Positions 16,401 through 26,053 are shown, counted from the first letter of the stretch. The stretch: 54,848 bases of DNA from a virus (IMGVR_UViG_3300036852_000068:1-54848), one strand, 5' to 3'. Program-made: numbers and translations. The notes: generated by a model from the sequence alone, not told the origin.

Positions 16401-18173
16401 TCCACCCTTGAGTAAATTAGGGCCGGATTTCCACGGGGTAACATCCAGAACAGGAACCGACGTTGCGCCAACCACCGTAGCTGAGCGTAACCGCGTAGCA
16501 TCCGCTGGCTTCTCACTATGTATCTCATACTTACCTTTACCATTTACTTTCAGATATAGCTTAGCGGCTGGGTTGATGACCTTGTAAGCCAAGTCAACAG
16601 CGCGAATCTCACCAGTGATCGGAAAGTTCACCGTGTAGCGCGGCCGGAGCATTGGCTGAGTCGCGTTTCGAACTGTTCCCGGCAAGTCGTCTACACAATC
16701 ACCAGTCTCAGGGTCACGGTGCTGGCCTATTGGACAACGAATCGGGTCAATCGGGTCTATCGGATCAAACCCAACGTAAGGCCCATCCTCAATCTCAAAT
16801 GCTTCCCGGTCAAGAATCGAGCCGGGAGTGATTAACCCGGATGAGCGATACCGTCTGAATGAGATACCAGCTTCAGGAAGATCGACATTGTTAATAACAA
16901 TCAACTGCCCTTCGTCCATAAGCGGCTCATCACAATGCTGAGCGGTTAAGACGTTGACCGAATCCTCCATGAATGCAGGGTTGATACCGATAAACGCCGG
17001 ATCGGTTAGAATAAAGCGCAAGATGTGAACCGGGTTGTTAGTCCAACCTTCGAGCGTGTATTCGCCATTAGTATCCGGTAGCGGCACGCGCCGCCCCAGC
17101 ACCATCGCGGTTACTGTGGGAAGTTCATTGAGAACATTCGGATCGCTAAGTGACGGATTCTGAAAATACTCCGTAGGTACAATTGCACCTTCAACATAAG
17201 CGAGATGCGAGAACTTACCTCCACCGCCCAGATCAACCTGACCTGTGTTCCCCTGGTTCGTTCCAGTACCACCAAGATCACCTAAGTGAACTACAGCAGG
17301 AGCCGGTGGAGTGGCAAATGAATTGATTGGATCACTTAGTCCTGCCTGTCGCGTTTTAATGTTTTCAACCGCCGCAATCGGCCCCCTGCAAACCGCCCAC
17401 AAAGCAGAAATAAATATTCCCTTGTCTAAAGAAATAAACGGAATCAACTCCATTTGACAGCGGCCCAAGACTTCAGGGATAGGTGAGCCGTAAGGAGTGT
17501 TATCGATAGATGAATACTGCTCGGTTTCTCTAACCTCTTTGCGCCCGCCAAGCAGTCGCGCTAAAAGAGAGAACCGTCTTAAAAACCCTCCCGAAGCTGG
17601 TGCAACCGGATACGTGTATGTTCCCGACACTGAAACAAATGGGATGCCTTCGTAAAGGTCGTCTCCCGGTAAGCGGCCTTCAGGATCATCCACCGTGAAT
17701 TTGCTGGGCGGCAGGGTTTGATTGATGTTGCCGAAGTCCTGACGGGCGGTGAGTATAAATTTCCCTTTATCAATGTCACCGGGTTTTTCAGCACGGCCAT
17801 GAAACTCGGCCCGGCTATCATTCGTCACCGCAGGTGCAATGCAGCGAATGCAAAGAAGCAATCCTTCAATAGTTGTCGTTTGCGCCCACGTAGCAAGGTA
17901 TCGGCTGATGTTGGAAAATTCAATCGTAACGGTGTTGGTCTGTTCGCCAACATTGAGAACAATATCCCCGCGCGAGATTACCTCACGTCGATAGGCAAAT
18001 CCGTTCCATGTCATCTCTTGACCAGCAAACCGCTCAAGCGCGTCAGCAGGATCAAACCCAGTCGGGCCGGGAACATAGTCAGAGGCATAAAATTCGTAAC
18101 CATCGACTAGAACACGCGGATCGCTCTGGCCTTTATCTAATTCTGCTTGGAATTCTGGTGTAAAGCTGATCAT
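13401..18173 (-). CDS. Large tail tip / central fibre (host-specificity) protein
   Basis: 1590 aa. YGSPIPEVLG, NNPVHILRFILTD, LEEGDVI, NLLRGRFG and WDRRSR..VPLGEERDEY motifs recall lambda J / GTA-type tail proteins. Confidence 0.8.
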   Translation of the reverse strand: MISFTPEFQAELDKGQSDPRVLVDGYEFYASDYVPGPTGFDPADALERFAGQEMTWNGFAYRREVISRGDIVLNVGEQTNTVTIEFSNISRYLATWAQTTTIEGLLLCIRCIAPAVTNDSRAEFHGRAEKPGDIDKGKFILTARQDFGNINQTLPPSKFTVDDPEGRLPGDDLYEGIPFVSVSGTYTYPVAPASGGFLRRFSLLARLLGGRKEVRETEQYSSIDNTPYGSPIPEVLGRCQMELIPFISLDKGIFISALWAVCRGPIAAVENIKTRQAGLSDPINSFATPPAPAVVHLGDLGGTGTNQGNTGQVDLGGGGKFSHLAYVEGAIVPTEYFQNPSLSDPNVLNELPTVTAMVLGRRVPLPDTNGEYTLEGWTNNPVHILRFILTDPAFIGINPAFMEDSVNVLTAQHCDEPLMDEGQLIVINNVDLPEAGISFRRYRSSGLITPGSILDREAFEIEDGPYVGFDPIDPIDPIRCPIGQHRDPETGDCVDDLPGTVRNATQPMLRPRYTVNFPITGEIRAVDLAYKVINPAAKLYLKVNGKGKYEIHSEKPADATRLRSATVVGATSVPVLDVTPWKSGPNLLKGGIVLSGGQTHSEQRVVTSADYSTSGNSISLAASSTGSVTATASEANLSGGSTTVQASGTITIGGTPSGSITATIDGVSIGYILGSNDTTDTAATMLAAYINATQRISKYIAATVVGSVITIKCKHGALNVGVAFLKAHGGPIADPTTAPTLAASAGSLQAGTYQVAYADVNANGLTALTLLATITLTANQKIDVSALPAFPAGVTARQFFVSEKTGSTQLRYQATRTNAADFSINALPLPGAALPPSFNTTAEELIRVAMSFATNSQDVFPMRQPSTAVILNDIYLPDPLNGHKYQATVGGTTDSGTPVWPTTPGGTVVDGSVTWTEIGSTVLQQTGLTRANILKGTYKWPLGSRQSSVNQVEIPFRDATNDFAVTTLRINDPVHQAQVKKIYPLKIDGNAIDNRNQAERIGNFNLSKNREGDWFNALETGPQGLALEEGDVICASDDSGGLVNVPTRIEEIRIKPNHEVVIAQARKYSTTMYSDDVGSHVIPIASTLRYVQTMDSIIEFIDSPPLRDADGLVAGFYVAVSRDLSIDGDWRGWALYADYGDGYKQIAQGNVPATLGTATTTLGTPADPSVWDRANSVTFTLKYESAGVPFASVTEQEILSNSRRNLFLIKNEFVQAATVVDNGNRSYTISNLLRGRFGVETPAHLTHGAGERIVFINGAETLVEIDPVRLNGAFNYKAVTTNQDVADATAVSFTWTGGTIKPLAPTNLRGIRDSVNNLLILWDRRSRIGAGLRPYSDVPLGEERDEYLVEVPAAVPPRSWRVIPTTTTTTVPAFLTAITSFGGSIDKNNLTGSDNSGDDWARSLENIQVAGNTIEGTLAAGSTTGGFPISRLGAITTTGDTLTDAHFYIYVDRVNISGDNFATLQAYAYGSVLASIDLGSVAVKALWVRLELIENRVRFYYFSNVADEQRWILFAESATAPTFPYNVFASASRASASVKEIMMTMQGQASTTYTAAQQTSDGFTPGNPVTVRVRQLSAIVGQGDYAEAAV

Positions 18174-18562
18174 GGAAACTTTGTAAGCTCAATGACGCGA
18201 GTATGAATGTGAGTTTTGGTGTGCGAGACTTCGTACTTCGTATATCTCACGCCAGCATAAAGAGTCGTGCCTATGTCTGACCGTTCACGGAAATTAAACG
18301 AGTGCGCGGAAATACCTTCAGATTCTAACCACTTGGCTGAGGCGAAATGAGAGTCGAGAATTGCAGCTTTAGCGGTGGTTAGGTTGCGGTAAACAAGTAC
18401 CCATGTTCGCTGCCCATTACCGCCATGTTGAAGTGCTGCATCAATTCCACCGTCATCGTATTCGGTTTTACCGCCGTTGAATTGCTCCGGCAGCGGAGTG
18501 AAGTCCGAGGGGCGAGGATTCGAAGCCGAAACTGAGTCCATAGGGAATTCCGCAACAGCCAT
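18170..18562 (-). CDS. Distal tail / minor tail protein
   Basis: Between tape measure and tail tip; about 130 aa. Confidence 0.65.
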   Translation of the reverse strand: MAVAEFPMDSVSASNPRPSDFTPLPEQFNGGKTEYDDGGIDAALQHGGNGQRTWVLVYRNLTTAKAAILDSHFASAKWLESEGISAHSFNFRERSDIGTTLYAGVRYTKYEVSHTKTHIHTRVIELTKFP

Positions 18563-21433
18563 CTACACATCCTCCCCTTTTTGAATCTTCCGCATTGGGC
18601 CGTTGACTCTTACGCTTTCAACCGCCACTCTTTCCACCATGTATCTAAATCCTTCCGTGGCTTCGCCCTTGATAACGACATTGACTACGGGTTGAAATGC
18701 ACTACTTGAGCGCCGATTTACGTCTATCACTTCCGGCCCTGAGCGCCTTGGCGCAGACTCTCTTCCGCCTTGACCCGTTCCAGTACCGCCGCCTTTGTCG
18801 TTGAACGCATTACCCGCCACCGCTCGGCCTGCCGCAGCAGCAACCCCTGCAACGGCTCCATAAAGGGCCGCTGCCTTGAAGTGGGCCGCTGCTTTAGGCG
18901 GGGCAATGAATAGGGCCGCAAACCCTTCCGCGAGTTGAAAGATCGCCTTGACTGCTGCCTCTTGTGCGATTGCCGCAAGAATTTGAGCGGTAACTTTGCG
19001 GATATTGGTTCCCGCGCTTCCATAAAGCACCCAAGCTTCTACTACCTGCCCGATAGCCTGCCCTAGTCCACCAAAAGCTTCCGTGAGAGCCTCAAGCCCA
19101 GCTAAGGCGGCAACCTGCGAGGCTCCTGTAAGATTCTCGTTAGCGAGATCAAACAACTTCTGCATCTCGGTGCGAGTGTCATTGCCCGCTAGTTCCATTG
19201 GCGGAGGCGCTGGGCCAACCTGGGCTTCGATACGCTCACCCTGCGCCCGCCTCAATGCCTCAACATGGCCCTGGATATCTGCATCTTTAATCGCTCGGCT
19301 GATTTCTCTCAACCATTCTAAATAAGCAGTGCCCGATCCGGTCGGATCAATAAATTCCGCTAACTTTTCATGTAGACCTTCAAACTCGCTTCCAAGTTCT
19401 CCTAGAGATGTATCGGCCTCGCGGTTTAAGGCGATCATCTTAAGAATGGCGTCGTTGTTTTTAAGTAGGGAAAACGTGGCAGTGTCAATCTTCGCCCCGG
19501 CCTGTGTAAGCGTGACGGTGAGTTGTCGGATTTGCTTATCCCATTCGTCATCATTCAAAACAGCATCGCGGATAGCCTCGTTCTGCCGCGCAATAAAATC
19601 GGTAACCGACTTTAGTGCGTCCATTCTGACCTTTTCGGCAGCCGTTACTTTTTCAAGGCTCTCAATCTCACGAGCCTTCGCTTGAATTAATCGCCGTTCT
19701 ACTGGAGTTGCCGCCTTATACATCTCATCAAGCAAAACGATCTGAAGTTTTGTGAGATTGTTCGACTTGTCTCGCAGTTTGTTGTATTCATCGGTAAGTT
19801 GATTGAGTAACCTTTGACCGGCGGAAATCTTGTCAACCGATCCTCTTCCCCCTCTCGCTCCTCGCGGAACACCACCAGCCCCGCGCGTACCAGGCCGAAG
19901 CCCCGCAGGAAGTGCAAGGTCGCCGCTGGATTCAATTTCTGGCCCTAAAAAGGTAGAGCCAAGTCGCGCAAAGGCAATCTTCTGCGCGGCTGAAATAGAC
20001 GCTGCTGCCTTTCTGGCTTCAGCATTCTCCCAAATGCGAACAACCTGTTCGGCGACTGCGCCTTGACTTCTGAGCGCGTCCGTCGCCTCCGATGTGGCAA
20101 GCCGCGCGGCCTCTGTAGCTCGCCGCGCTGACTCCATTCCTCCAAAGAAGTCACCCGCCGCTATTTGCGCGACGGCTTTCAAGTTCAAATACAGCGCACG
20201 CACTGCTTCATACAAAGCGATAATCGCATGCGTCCATAAACCAATAATCGAAATCGCTCCGGCGGCTACCAGCCCAACAACATCACGAACAACATAGAAC
20301 ACCTCAACCACGCCATCCCAAACGGTAATTATTTGATTACCGGCGGTGGTCATGTTTTGCTGGAACTCTTTCGATTCAGTTGATAATTTTGCTAACGCTA
20401 AGGCGGTTTCACTCAACCGCGCATATAACGGCGCAAAGGCGGTCGCAGAAGTCTGAAGAAGCGCGTCTTTAATGTTCGACATTGCTCCGGCAAATGTCTT
20501 TGACTGCGCCTCCATGAGTCCACCAAAGTTTTGTTGTGAGAACTTCTGGAAAGCAGCAAGAAATACATCGGCAGAGATTTCCCCTTGCTCTACCATCTTT
20601 CGGAGTTCAACTTGTGTCTTGCCTAATTGAGCCTCAAGGATTTTCCAGCCTGAAATACCCGCCTCAGCCAGTTGGTTAAATTCCTGACTCATTACCTTGC
20701 CCTTTGACTGAATCTGTGAGAGAGCAAGGGTGACGCGATCTAACCGTTCTGAACCACCACCAGCAGCCGCAACCGCGTTGCCTACGTCAGTAAGGATTGG
20801 AATAACCTGCTCGGCTCGGAAACCAAGCGCTTGCATTCGTTGCGAGGCATCAATTAATTCCCCAAACTGGAATGGCGTCTTAAGGGCAAACTGCTGGAGA
20901 GCTTTAAGATGCTGCTCGGCGGCTTGTGCACTACCCAGCATCGTCGTGAATGCGATTCGCGTACTCTCTAACTTGCTGGAATAATCAACCCATGCGGAGG
21001 CGGCGTTGCGAATCTCAGATATTGCAGAGACGCCGATTAACGCAGCAATCCCACCAGTAGCACCTGCGAGGAGCGCAAAGGATCGGCCAGCGGACTGCGC
21101 TTCCCGCGCAGCCGCGCGTCTCGCTCGTACCTCTTCTGCTAATTGCCGTTCTAAATCACGCGCCGCGCGTCGCCCTTGACGTATTTTTTCATCCGCTAGG
21201 CTTTTAGCGGCACGTTCTTGAATCTTAGACTGCTTCTCAGCTTCACGAGCCGTCTGAGCCTCAATTTTTTGAACTTCTTTAGCAGCACGATCCGCCCCGG
21301 TAACTCGCGTTTGTTGTTGAGCTTGTTGAGTTTTCGCCGTTTGGCTTAATTCAGAACGCACCTGCGCCATCGTGCCTTTGAAGTCACCGGCGCGTGGAGT
21401 GATCTGAAAAATCAACTCGGCAAGTGCAGCCAT
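18563..21433 (-). CDS. Tape measure protein
   Basis: 956 aa, Ala-rich helical; FALKTPFQ...ALSQIQSKGKV..QEFNQLAEAGI...SNIKD tape-measure domain. Confidence 0.92.
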   Translation of the reverse strand: MAALAELIFQITPRAGDFKGTMAQVRSELSQTAKTQQAQQQTRVTGADRAAKEVQKIEAQTAREAEKQSKIQERAAKSLADEKIRQGRRAARDLERQLAEEVRARRAAAREAQSAGRSFALLAGATGGIAALIGVSAISEIRNAASAWVDYSSKLESTRIAFTTMLGSAQAAEQHLKALQQFALKTPFQFGELIDASQRMQALGFRAEQVIPILTDVGNAVAAAGGGSERLDRVTLALSQIQSKGKVMSQEFNQLAEAGISGWKILEAQLGKTQVELRKMVEQGEISADVFLAAFQKFSQQNFGGLMEAQSKTFAGAMSNIKDALLQTSATAFAPLYARLSETALALAKLSTESKEFQQNMTTAGNQIITVWDGVVEVFYVVRDVVGLVAAGAISIIGLWTHAIIALYEAVRALYLNLKAVAQIAAGDFFGGMESARRATEAARLATSEATDALRSQGAVAEQVVRIWENAEARKAAASISAAQKIAFARLGSTFLGPEIESSGDLALPAGLRPGTRGAGGVPRGARGGRGSVDKISAGQRLLNQLTDEYNKLRDKSNNLTKLQIVLLDEMYKAATPVERRLIQAKAREIESLEKVTAAEKVRMDALKSVTDFIARQNEAIRDAVLNDDEWDKQIRQLTVTLTQAGAKIDTATFSLLKNNDAILKMIALNREADTSLGELGSEFEGLHEKLAEFIDPTGSGTAYLEWLREISRAIKDADIQGHVEALRRAQGERIEAQVGPAPPPMELAGNDTRTEMQKLFDLANENLTGASQVAALAGLEALTEAFGGLGQAIGQVVEAWVLYGSAGTNIRKVTAQILAAIAQEAAVKAIFQLAEGFAALFIAPPKAAAHFKAAALYGAVAGVAAAAGRAVAGNAFNDKGGGTGTGQGGRESAPRRSGPEVIDVNRRSSSAFQPVVNVVIKGEATEGFRYMVERVAVESVRVNGPMRKIQKGEDV

Positions 21434-21436
21434 TTC

Positions 21437-21709
21437 TTAATTCGGCTCTTTACTTCCTACCAATGTTATCGTGCCCTCATCCTCTCCTAAGCTGCTTTCT
21501 GGTTGACCGCCAAACGCCCTAATCCAAAACTCCCTGTCTCGCTTCTCTCGCTCGTACTCCCGTTCACGTTCCTCTTTAATCAGAAACGTAGCAGCAGCTA
21601 TATCCAGCTCCCGCGCCACTGACCAGTCTTTTATATCAAGCAGGGTACTCGGCGTCTGACTGAATACCTGCGCTGTCCGTGCTATGTCCTGAAACGCTGG
21701 GCTGTGGAC
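21437..21709 (-). CDS. Tail assembly chaperone T segment (reached by frameshift from 21636..22169)
   Basis: +1 frame open from the TCC TTT CGT site to the stop at 21437: VHSPAFQDIARTAQVFSQTPSTLLDIKDWSVARELDIAAA... Confidence 0.7.
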   Translation of the reverse strand, partial: VHSPAFQDIARTAQVFSQTPSTLLDIKDWSVARELDIAAATFLIKEEREREYEREKRDREFWIRAFGGQPESSLGEDEGTITLVGSKEPN

Positions 21710-22169
21710 GAAAGGATTCTACGTCAGCAATCTCCACCTCCCCGCTTCCTACTGGAACCTTTAAATTGAAATAGCCGGTCATTCCGTAGTTAAAGAGAAA
21801 CCAGAAGTCGTCACCAATATCATCTGGGCCGATTTCATCCCGATCCGGATGCGGCTCGCGGACTAGCTTCGGAGAAACCATCATCGCGCATACCAATTCA
21901 CGTGCGAAGATCATCACGGCAGCTAATTCGTCATCAGACATTTTGGCAAGCGTTTGCAAGCCGTACTCCTCAGGCGATAGCGTCGCCTTCTCTTGTTCGT
22001 CCTGCTCCTTCTGCTCCTTGCTGGCGTACTTGGAAAACGTGCGAGCTACACGCCCGGCGCGCAGCATAAACTCCGGCCCCGGTCGGCGTACTTGCACAAC
22101 CTGACCTGAAGGGCATTCTAATGTTTCGGTTTTCCTTGGCTTCCAGCCACGACCATTTGAGGCAGACAT
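21636..22169 (-). CDS. Tail assembly chaperone G
   Basis: Between tail tube and tape measure; PSG..V.VRRP N-terminus; AAAGGAG RBS. Confidence 0.8.
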   Translation of the reverse strand: MSASNGRGWKPRKTETLECPSGQVVQVRRPGPEFMLRAGRVARTFSKYASKEQKEQDEQEKATLSPEEYGLQTLAKMSDDELAAVMIFARELVCAMMVSPKLVREPHPDRDEIGPDDIGDDFWFLFNYGMTGYFNLKVPVGSGEVEIADVESFRPQPSVSGHSTDSAGIQSDAEYPA

Positions 22170-22376
22170 AAAACAACTCCTTTGAAAAAGATCGGATTAA
22201 ATTGTTTGCGCCAGAGGATGGCTTGGAAAAGAATGCGGGTATGTCGTAGCAGAACGTGGCCTCTCAGGATGAGACTCCAAAGGCCACTAAATGTTAAAAT
22301 ATAAACGGCCCGCAAGAGAATTCACGTTCTCAAGCGAGCCTTGCCATAACGCGATCTCGTTACCGGAGACCATGCC

Positions 22377-23084
22377 ATGACCGCTCCAAATCTTACTAAA
22401 GTTTGTAGCAAATGCCATCTTGACTTACCGCTGACCGCTTTCCATAAACAGCGAAAAACTACTGACGGGTTACGTCCTGACTGCAAAGAATGTCGGAAAG
22501 GTGAATCAACTTCGTACTACCAAAAGAACAGAACTCGCGTGCTCCTACACGTCAAGACCTATACGAGCCAAAACAAGGCGCGACTGGCGTTGTACCACAA
22601 GCAATGGCGCGCGCTTAACAGGGAATCGTTCCTCCGAAAAGCTCGTGAAAACTATTGGGCTAACAAAGAGCGTCACAATCAAACGAGTCGCAACAACCGA
22701 ATTGCCAGCAAAGAACGATATGCCGCGACAAGGAAACTCTACGAACTAGCCAACCCCGATATAGTGCGTTTCCACAAAATGCAACACGAGAGTCGGAAGC
22801 GTAACGCTCCGGGTAGATGCACGTCAGAACAGTGGCGCAAGAAGTGCGCGTTTCACGGTTGGCGCTGTATCTATTGCCGCGTCGCGGTCACGCCTAAAAC
22901 AGCAACCATCGAACACCGTAAACCGTTATCGCGTGGCGGTAGTAACTGGCCTGCGAACCTTGCGCCTTGCTGTAAGCAATGCAACCAATCAAAGAACTGT
23001 AAAACCGAAACGGAATACCGCGCCTATATTTGCTTCCAAAAATTGAATACTGTGTCTGTCGCGGCTCGTGATGTGATGCCGTAA
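22377..23084 (+). CDS. Free-standing HNH endonuclease 4, antisense to the late operon
   Basis: KVCSKC...DGLRPDCKEC N-terminus; CIYC...IEHRKPLSRGGSNWPANLAPCCKQCNQSK; GGAG RBS; TGnTAAAAT at 22292-22300. Confidence 0.9.
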   Translation: MTAPNLTKVCSKCHLDLPLTAFHKQRKTTDGLRPDCKECRKGESTSYYQKNRTRVLLHVKTYTSQNKARLALYHKQWRALNRESFLRKARENYWANKERHNQTSRNNRIASKERYAATRKLYELANPDIVRFHKMQHESRKRNAPGRCTSEQWRKKCAFHGWRCIYCRVAVTPKTATIEHRKPLSRGGSNWPANLAPCCKQCNQSKNCKTETEYRAYICFQKLNTVSVAARDVMP

Positions 23085-23623
23085 CCACGAAACGCCACCG
23101 GGTTGTTACCCAGTCCGCGCCGCCGGATTTGGTTTGCAAGTCCTGAATCGTTCTTGGACTTGTAAAGGTTGTACACCATGTACTTTGTTGCGTCGTTCTT
23201 AGTCGGCGTAATCAACGCGCAGGCTGTGAACGCAATCGTCGTAATGCCGCCCTGAATCTGCTCGTATCCCGCAGCAGTTCCGTAAGTGCCGAAACCGGAA
23301 ACAAGATGCTGAAGCACGCCGCTGATGTCCTGCGTTTGGACAAGGTTCGCAGCTAGCGCCACGGCCAGTTCAGACACAGCCGTATCAATCGGCGCAACCT
23401 GTTCGTCTACCGTGTGATCTTCGGTTGACGCCGCAGCAGTCATTTCCCAACCTTCAGAGGTGTGACCTAAATGCTTGGCGCTGGGGTTAGCCGTCGCGTC
23501 AGGTGTGCCATCGGTAAACAAAGTGATGCGCGCACCTGCACCCGGTATAGCAAGGCCAACCCAGAACCAACCATATTGATTGGTGATTTGCGCGGCGTTA
23601 AAGTTTAAGGCTGATGCTGGCAT
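23024..23623 (-). CDS. Major tail (tube) protein
   Basis: 199 aa; LGHTSEG motif; upstream of chaperones and tape measure. Confidence 0.75.
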   Translation of the reverse strand: MPASALNFNAAQITNQYGWFWVGLAIPGAGARITLFTDGTPDATANPSAKHLGHTSEGWEMTAAASTEDHTVDEQVAPIDTAVSELAVALAANLVQTQDISGVLQHLVSGFGTYGTAAGYEQIQGGITTIAFTACALITPTKNDATKYMVYNLYKSKNDSGLANQIRRRGLGNNPVAFRGYGITSRAATDTVFNFWKQI

Positions 23624-23627
23624 TGAG

Positions 23628-24119
23628 TTATCCTCTCTTTATTCTTTCCAGTGCTTCGCCAACTGCGTTAACAAGATTGTCTTGATGCTGCGCCTGTTGC
23701 TCATGCTGACGGCGAGCGTATAAGTCGTCTGCTTGATCAGCGCGGCGCTTGTTCTCTTCTACGGAGCGCGACAGACTGCGTATGTCAAGAGCTTGGTTCA
23801 ATTCCACATCGCCATATCCACCCGCGCGAGCGATTGCCCGAAAGTCTGCCTCGGCCTTCGCCGCGTCGCCACCATTCTCGTTAAATAGTTGGCGGTAAGT
23901 AACCGCTGCGCGTTCGCCGGTCTCAGGGTCAACGCCGGGCGCTGTACCGCGTTCTTTTGCCAGCCTTTTGCTGCGGGCAAAGTCCGAGTTAACTTCCGGG
24001 TTGTTTTCAACCTGAGTCAGCGCCGACGCTGCTGCCTTTTTTGCTGCCGGTGATGCATTCGGATCGCGCAAGACTTCGCTTGCCGCTTTAGCCGCTTCCG
24101 GTGAAGTTGTTTCTGCCAT
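23628..24119 (-). CDS. Hypothetical virion-region protein
   Basis: GGAG RBS; N-terminal TSPEAAKAASEVLRDP..AASALTQ motif. Confidence 0.6.
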   Translation of the reverse strand: MAETTSPEAAKAASEVLRDPNASPAAKKAAASALTQVENNPEVNSDFARSKRLAKERGTAPGVDPETGERAAVTYRQLFNENGGDAAKAEADFRAIARAGGYGDVELNQALDIRSLSRSVEENKRRADQADDLYARRQHEQQAQHQDNLVNAVGEALERIKRG

Positions 24120-24129
24120 ACAAATTCTC

Positions 24130-24618
24130 CTACTTTTCTCCGAAATGAATTCTAATCTGCAACTCTACCTCTTGAATGAAATCCGTTCCTTTGGTCTTGT
24201 GATGAAAGTATTGATGATCGATTTCAAGTTCATAACCAACCGTTACTGATGCTGTTGGTAACAATTCAAGTACACCTTTTCTGATGACCGCCTTAAATGC
24301 TCTCACGTATCGCTCACTCCTTACTTTGACCGCTGCGGCTGATGAGTCCTTAACGACTATCCCTGCGCCTATTACTACGATCTGGTCTAACCATTCGCCG
24401 CTTTCGGTTTCACGGCTTACCATGCGCTGGGGGCCAGCAATAAGCAGCGGGTAATTGAACTGGTCAAGATTTGCCCGTGCCATCACGGCGAACTTTGGGT
24501 AAGCCGACGCTGCGTAAAAGTAATCAAGCGCAGGCTTCATGTCCCGTTCAACTACGACGAATAACTTGTCAATGATCTGGGACTCAGTAACTTCCTCAAA
24601 CAGCGGCGCAAAGGGCAT
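24130..24618 (-). CDS. Tail terminator / completion protein
   Basis: Position and size; YP motif. Confidence 0.55.
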   Translation of the reverse strand: MPFAPLFEEVTESQIIDKLFVVVERDMKPALDYFYAASAYPKFAVMARANLDQFNYPLLIAGPQRMVSRETESGEWLDQIVVIGAGIVVKDSSAAAVKVRSERYVRAFKAVIRKGVLELLPTASVTVGYELEIDHQYFHHKTKGTDFIQEVELQIRIHFGEK

Positions 24619-25076
24619 TATTGAAATCCAGCTTCTTTCAACATCTCGGCAGCATACTCACCGGCGATTGTCTCGTATCGCTGTTCGTCAGGCTCAGCCA
24701 ACAGTTTGCGTTCAGGAAGCCGCCCGCGTCCTTCGTGGTGAAATATTCCATAGAAAACATTTGACCCAAACTCCGCGCCATCGTCGCTTACTCTGTGAAT
24801 ATGTCCTTTATCTTCTTTCTCTGTTAAAGACCGGAACAAGTCACCACTAGCAACCATTATCTGCGATGGGCCGCCGAACTTCCGCGCCTTTGCTGCTTCA
24901 CTTGCCGGTTTCAAAGGCGTCCACGGAGCCGACCTGAATAAAGCCACTTCCGACCCACGAAACTCTCCACCAAATCGCTCCATCAATGGACTCAAACGGC
25001 TGAAGCTGGATTCTAAACTAGCCATTCCAGCCAGCATCTTCTCTAGCCCAATGATTTCTATCGTGTATCCGGTCAT
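24618..25076 (-). CDS. Virion morphogenesis protein (Mu gpG / tail completion-like)
   Basis: WTPLKP...SGDLFRSL...FGSNVFYGIFHHEG..LPERKLL motif. Confidence 0.75.
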   Translation of the reverse strand: MTGYTIEIIGLEKMLAGMASLESSFSRLSPLMERFGGEFRGSEVALFRSAPWTPLKPASEAAKARKFGGPSQIMVASGDLFRSLTEKEDKGHIHRVSDDGAEFGSNVFYGIFHHEGRGRLPERKLLAEPDEQRYETIAGEYAAEMLKEAGFQ

Positions 25077-25477
25077 TGGCTAAACCCCTGCTGTACTAGC
25101 GTCGCAGCCAGAGTTAACAATACGTCTGTATCCCTTTGTGCAACTACCGGATTTTCAAAGACCAACTCTCCTGTATCGCCTCGCGCTTGAACCTTTATCA
25201 AATGCTTTGGCGTAATCGCCATGGTGGCTGACGTGCGCGGCATCTTTAATCTATGTGAAGCTGCATAAGCTTCCCCACCTATAACAACTTGAGAATTTGC
25301 GCCGGAACCTTTGTAGCTAATCGGAATGTTCGCCGCTACTTGGGCTATGGTTTCCGAATCGCTGGCCGATCCGCCGTCAATAAATGTCGGCCCCCAGAGA
25401 GTACAAACATCAGTAAACGGATATTCGGTTGCAAGTTCCGTTCTAACTTCATTGATCGCATCGCCAACTTCACTCAC
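25073..25477 (-). CDS. Head closure protein (putative)
   Basis: Position in head-tail joining cluster; beta-rich 134 aa. Confidence 0.5.
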   Translation of the reverse strand: MSEVGDAINEVRTELATEYPFTDVCTLWGPTFIDGGSASDSETIAQVAANIPISYKGSGANSQVVIGGEAYAASHRLKMPRTSATMAITPKHLIKVQARGDTGELVFENPVVAQRDTDVLLTLAATLVQQGFSQ

Positions 25478-26053
25478 CTAAAATACCACCGCTGTCCGAA
25501 TACTAACACTTCCTTGTTGAATTTCAGAAGAAAAAATTGTCCATCCCAGCGTCTTTCTTATTCGCTGCCGGATGGCTTCGCGCTTTCTCTCGTTGTCAAA
25601 GTCAATTCCGTCACCGCCACCTTTGAGCCGGACAAATGAATTCCTGATCGTTGCCCATGTGGTTAAATCATCGCGAATGCTCGTAACTTGGTTAACAGTG
25701 AGATTTGTCACCGCACTTCGAACCGCCGCTGGCGTTTCACGGGCAACCTCGGCAAGAGTTACAATCTCATCTTCAGTTAATTCCCACGATGCTTCACGCA
25801 CCTGAATGACAATGGTTTTTTCTTCTGTGTCGTTATTAGACAGAGTAACTCGATTGATTAACTCATAATCGGTTCCGTCCGTGCCGCCGGATAGCTGAAT
25901 AGAAGTAGCTGTGGTAGTAAAATCTGAATCGGATTCTGTGACACCAGCAGGTAATTCCCACTCTGAAGCAGTAATCATCAGAGCGCCAAGGTATGACGCC
26001 CAGTTTATACCAAACGTCTTATCAACATCAGGGTCTTTTCTGAATACGCTCAT
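25478..26053 (-). CDS. Two-domain virion protein: Ig-like KDPD domain fused to a probable head-tail adaptor
   Basis: KDPD...INW..YL...LSGGT.G..Y...N.VT N-terminal domain plus helical C-terminal half. Confidence 0.5.
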   Translation of the reverse strand: MSVFRKDPDVDKTFGINWASYLGALMITASEWELPAGVTESDSDFTTTATSIQLSGGTDGTDYELINRVTLSNNDTEEKTIVIQVREASWELTEDEIVTLAEVARETPAAVRSAVTNLTVNQVTSIRDDLTTWATIRNSFVRLKGGGDGIDFDNERKREAIRQRIRKTLGWTIFSSEIQQGSVSIRTAVVF

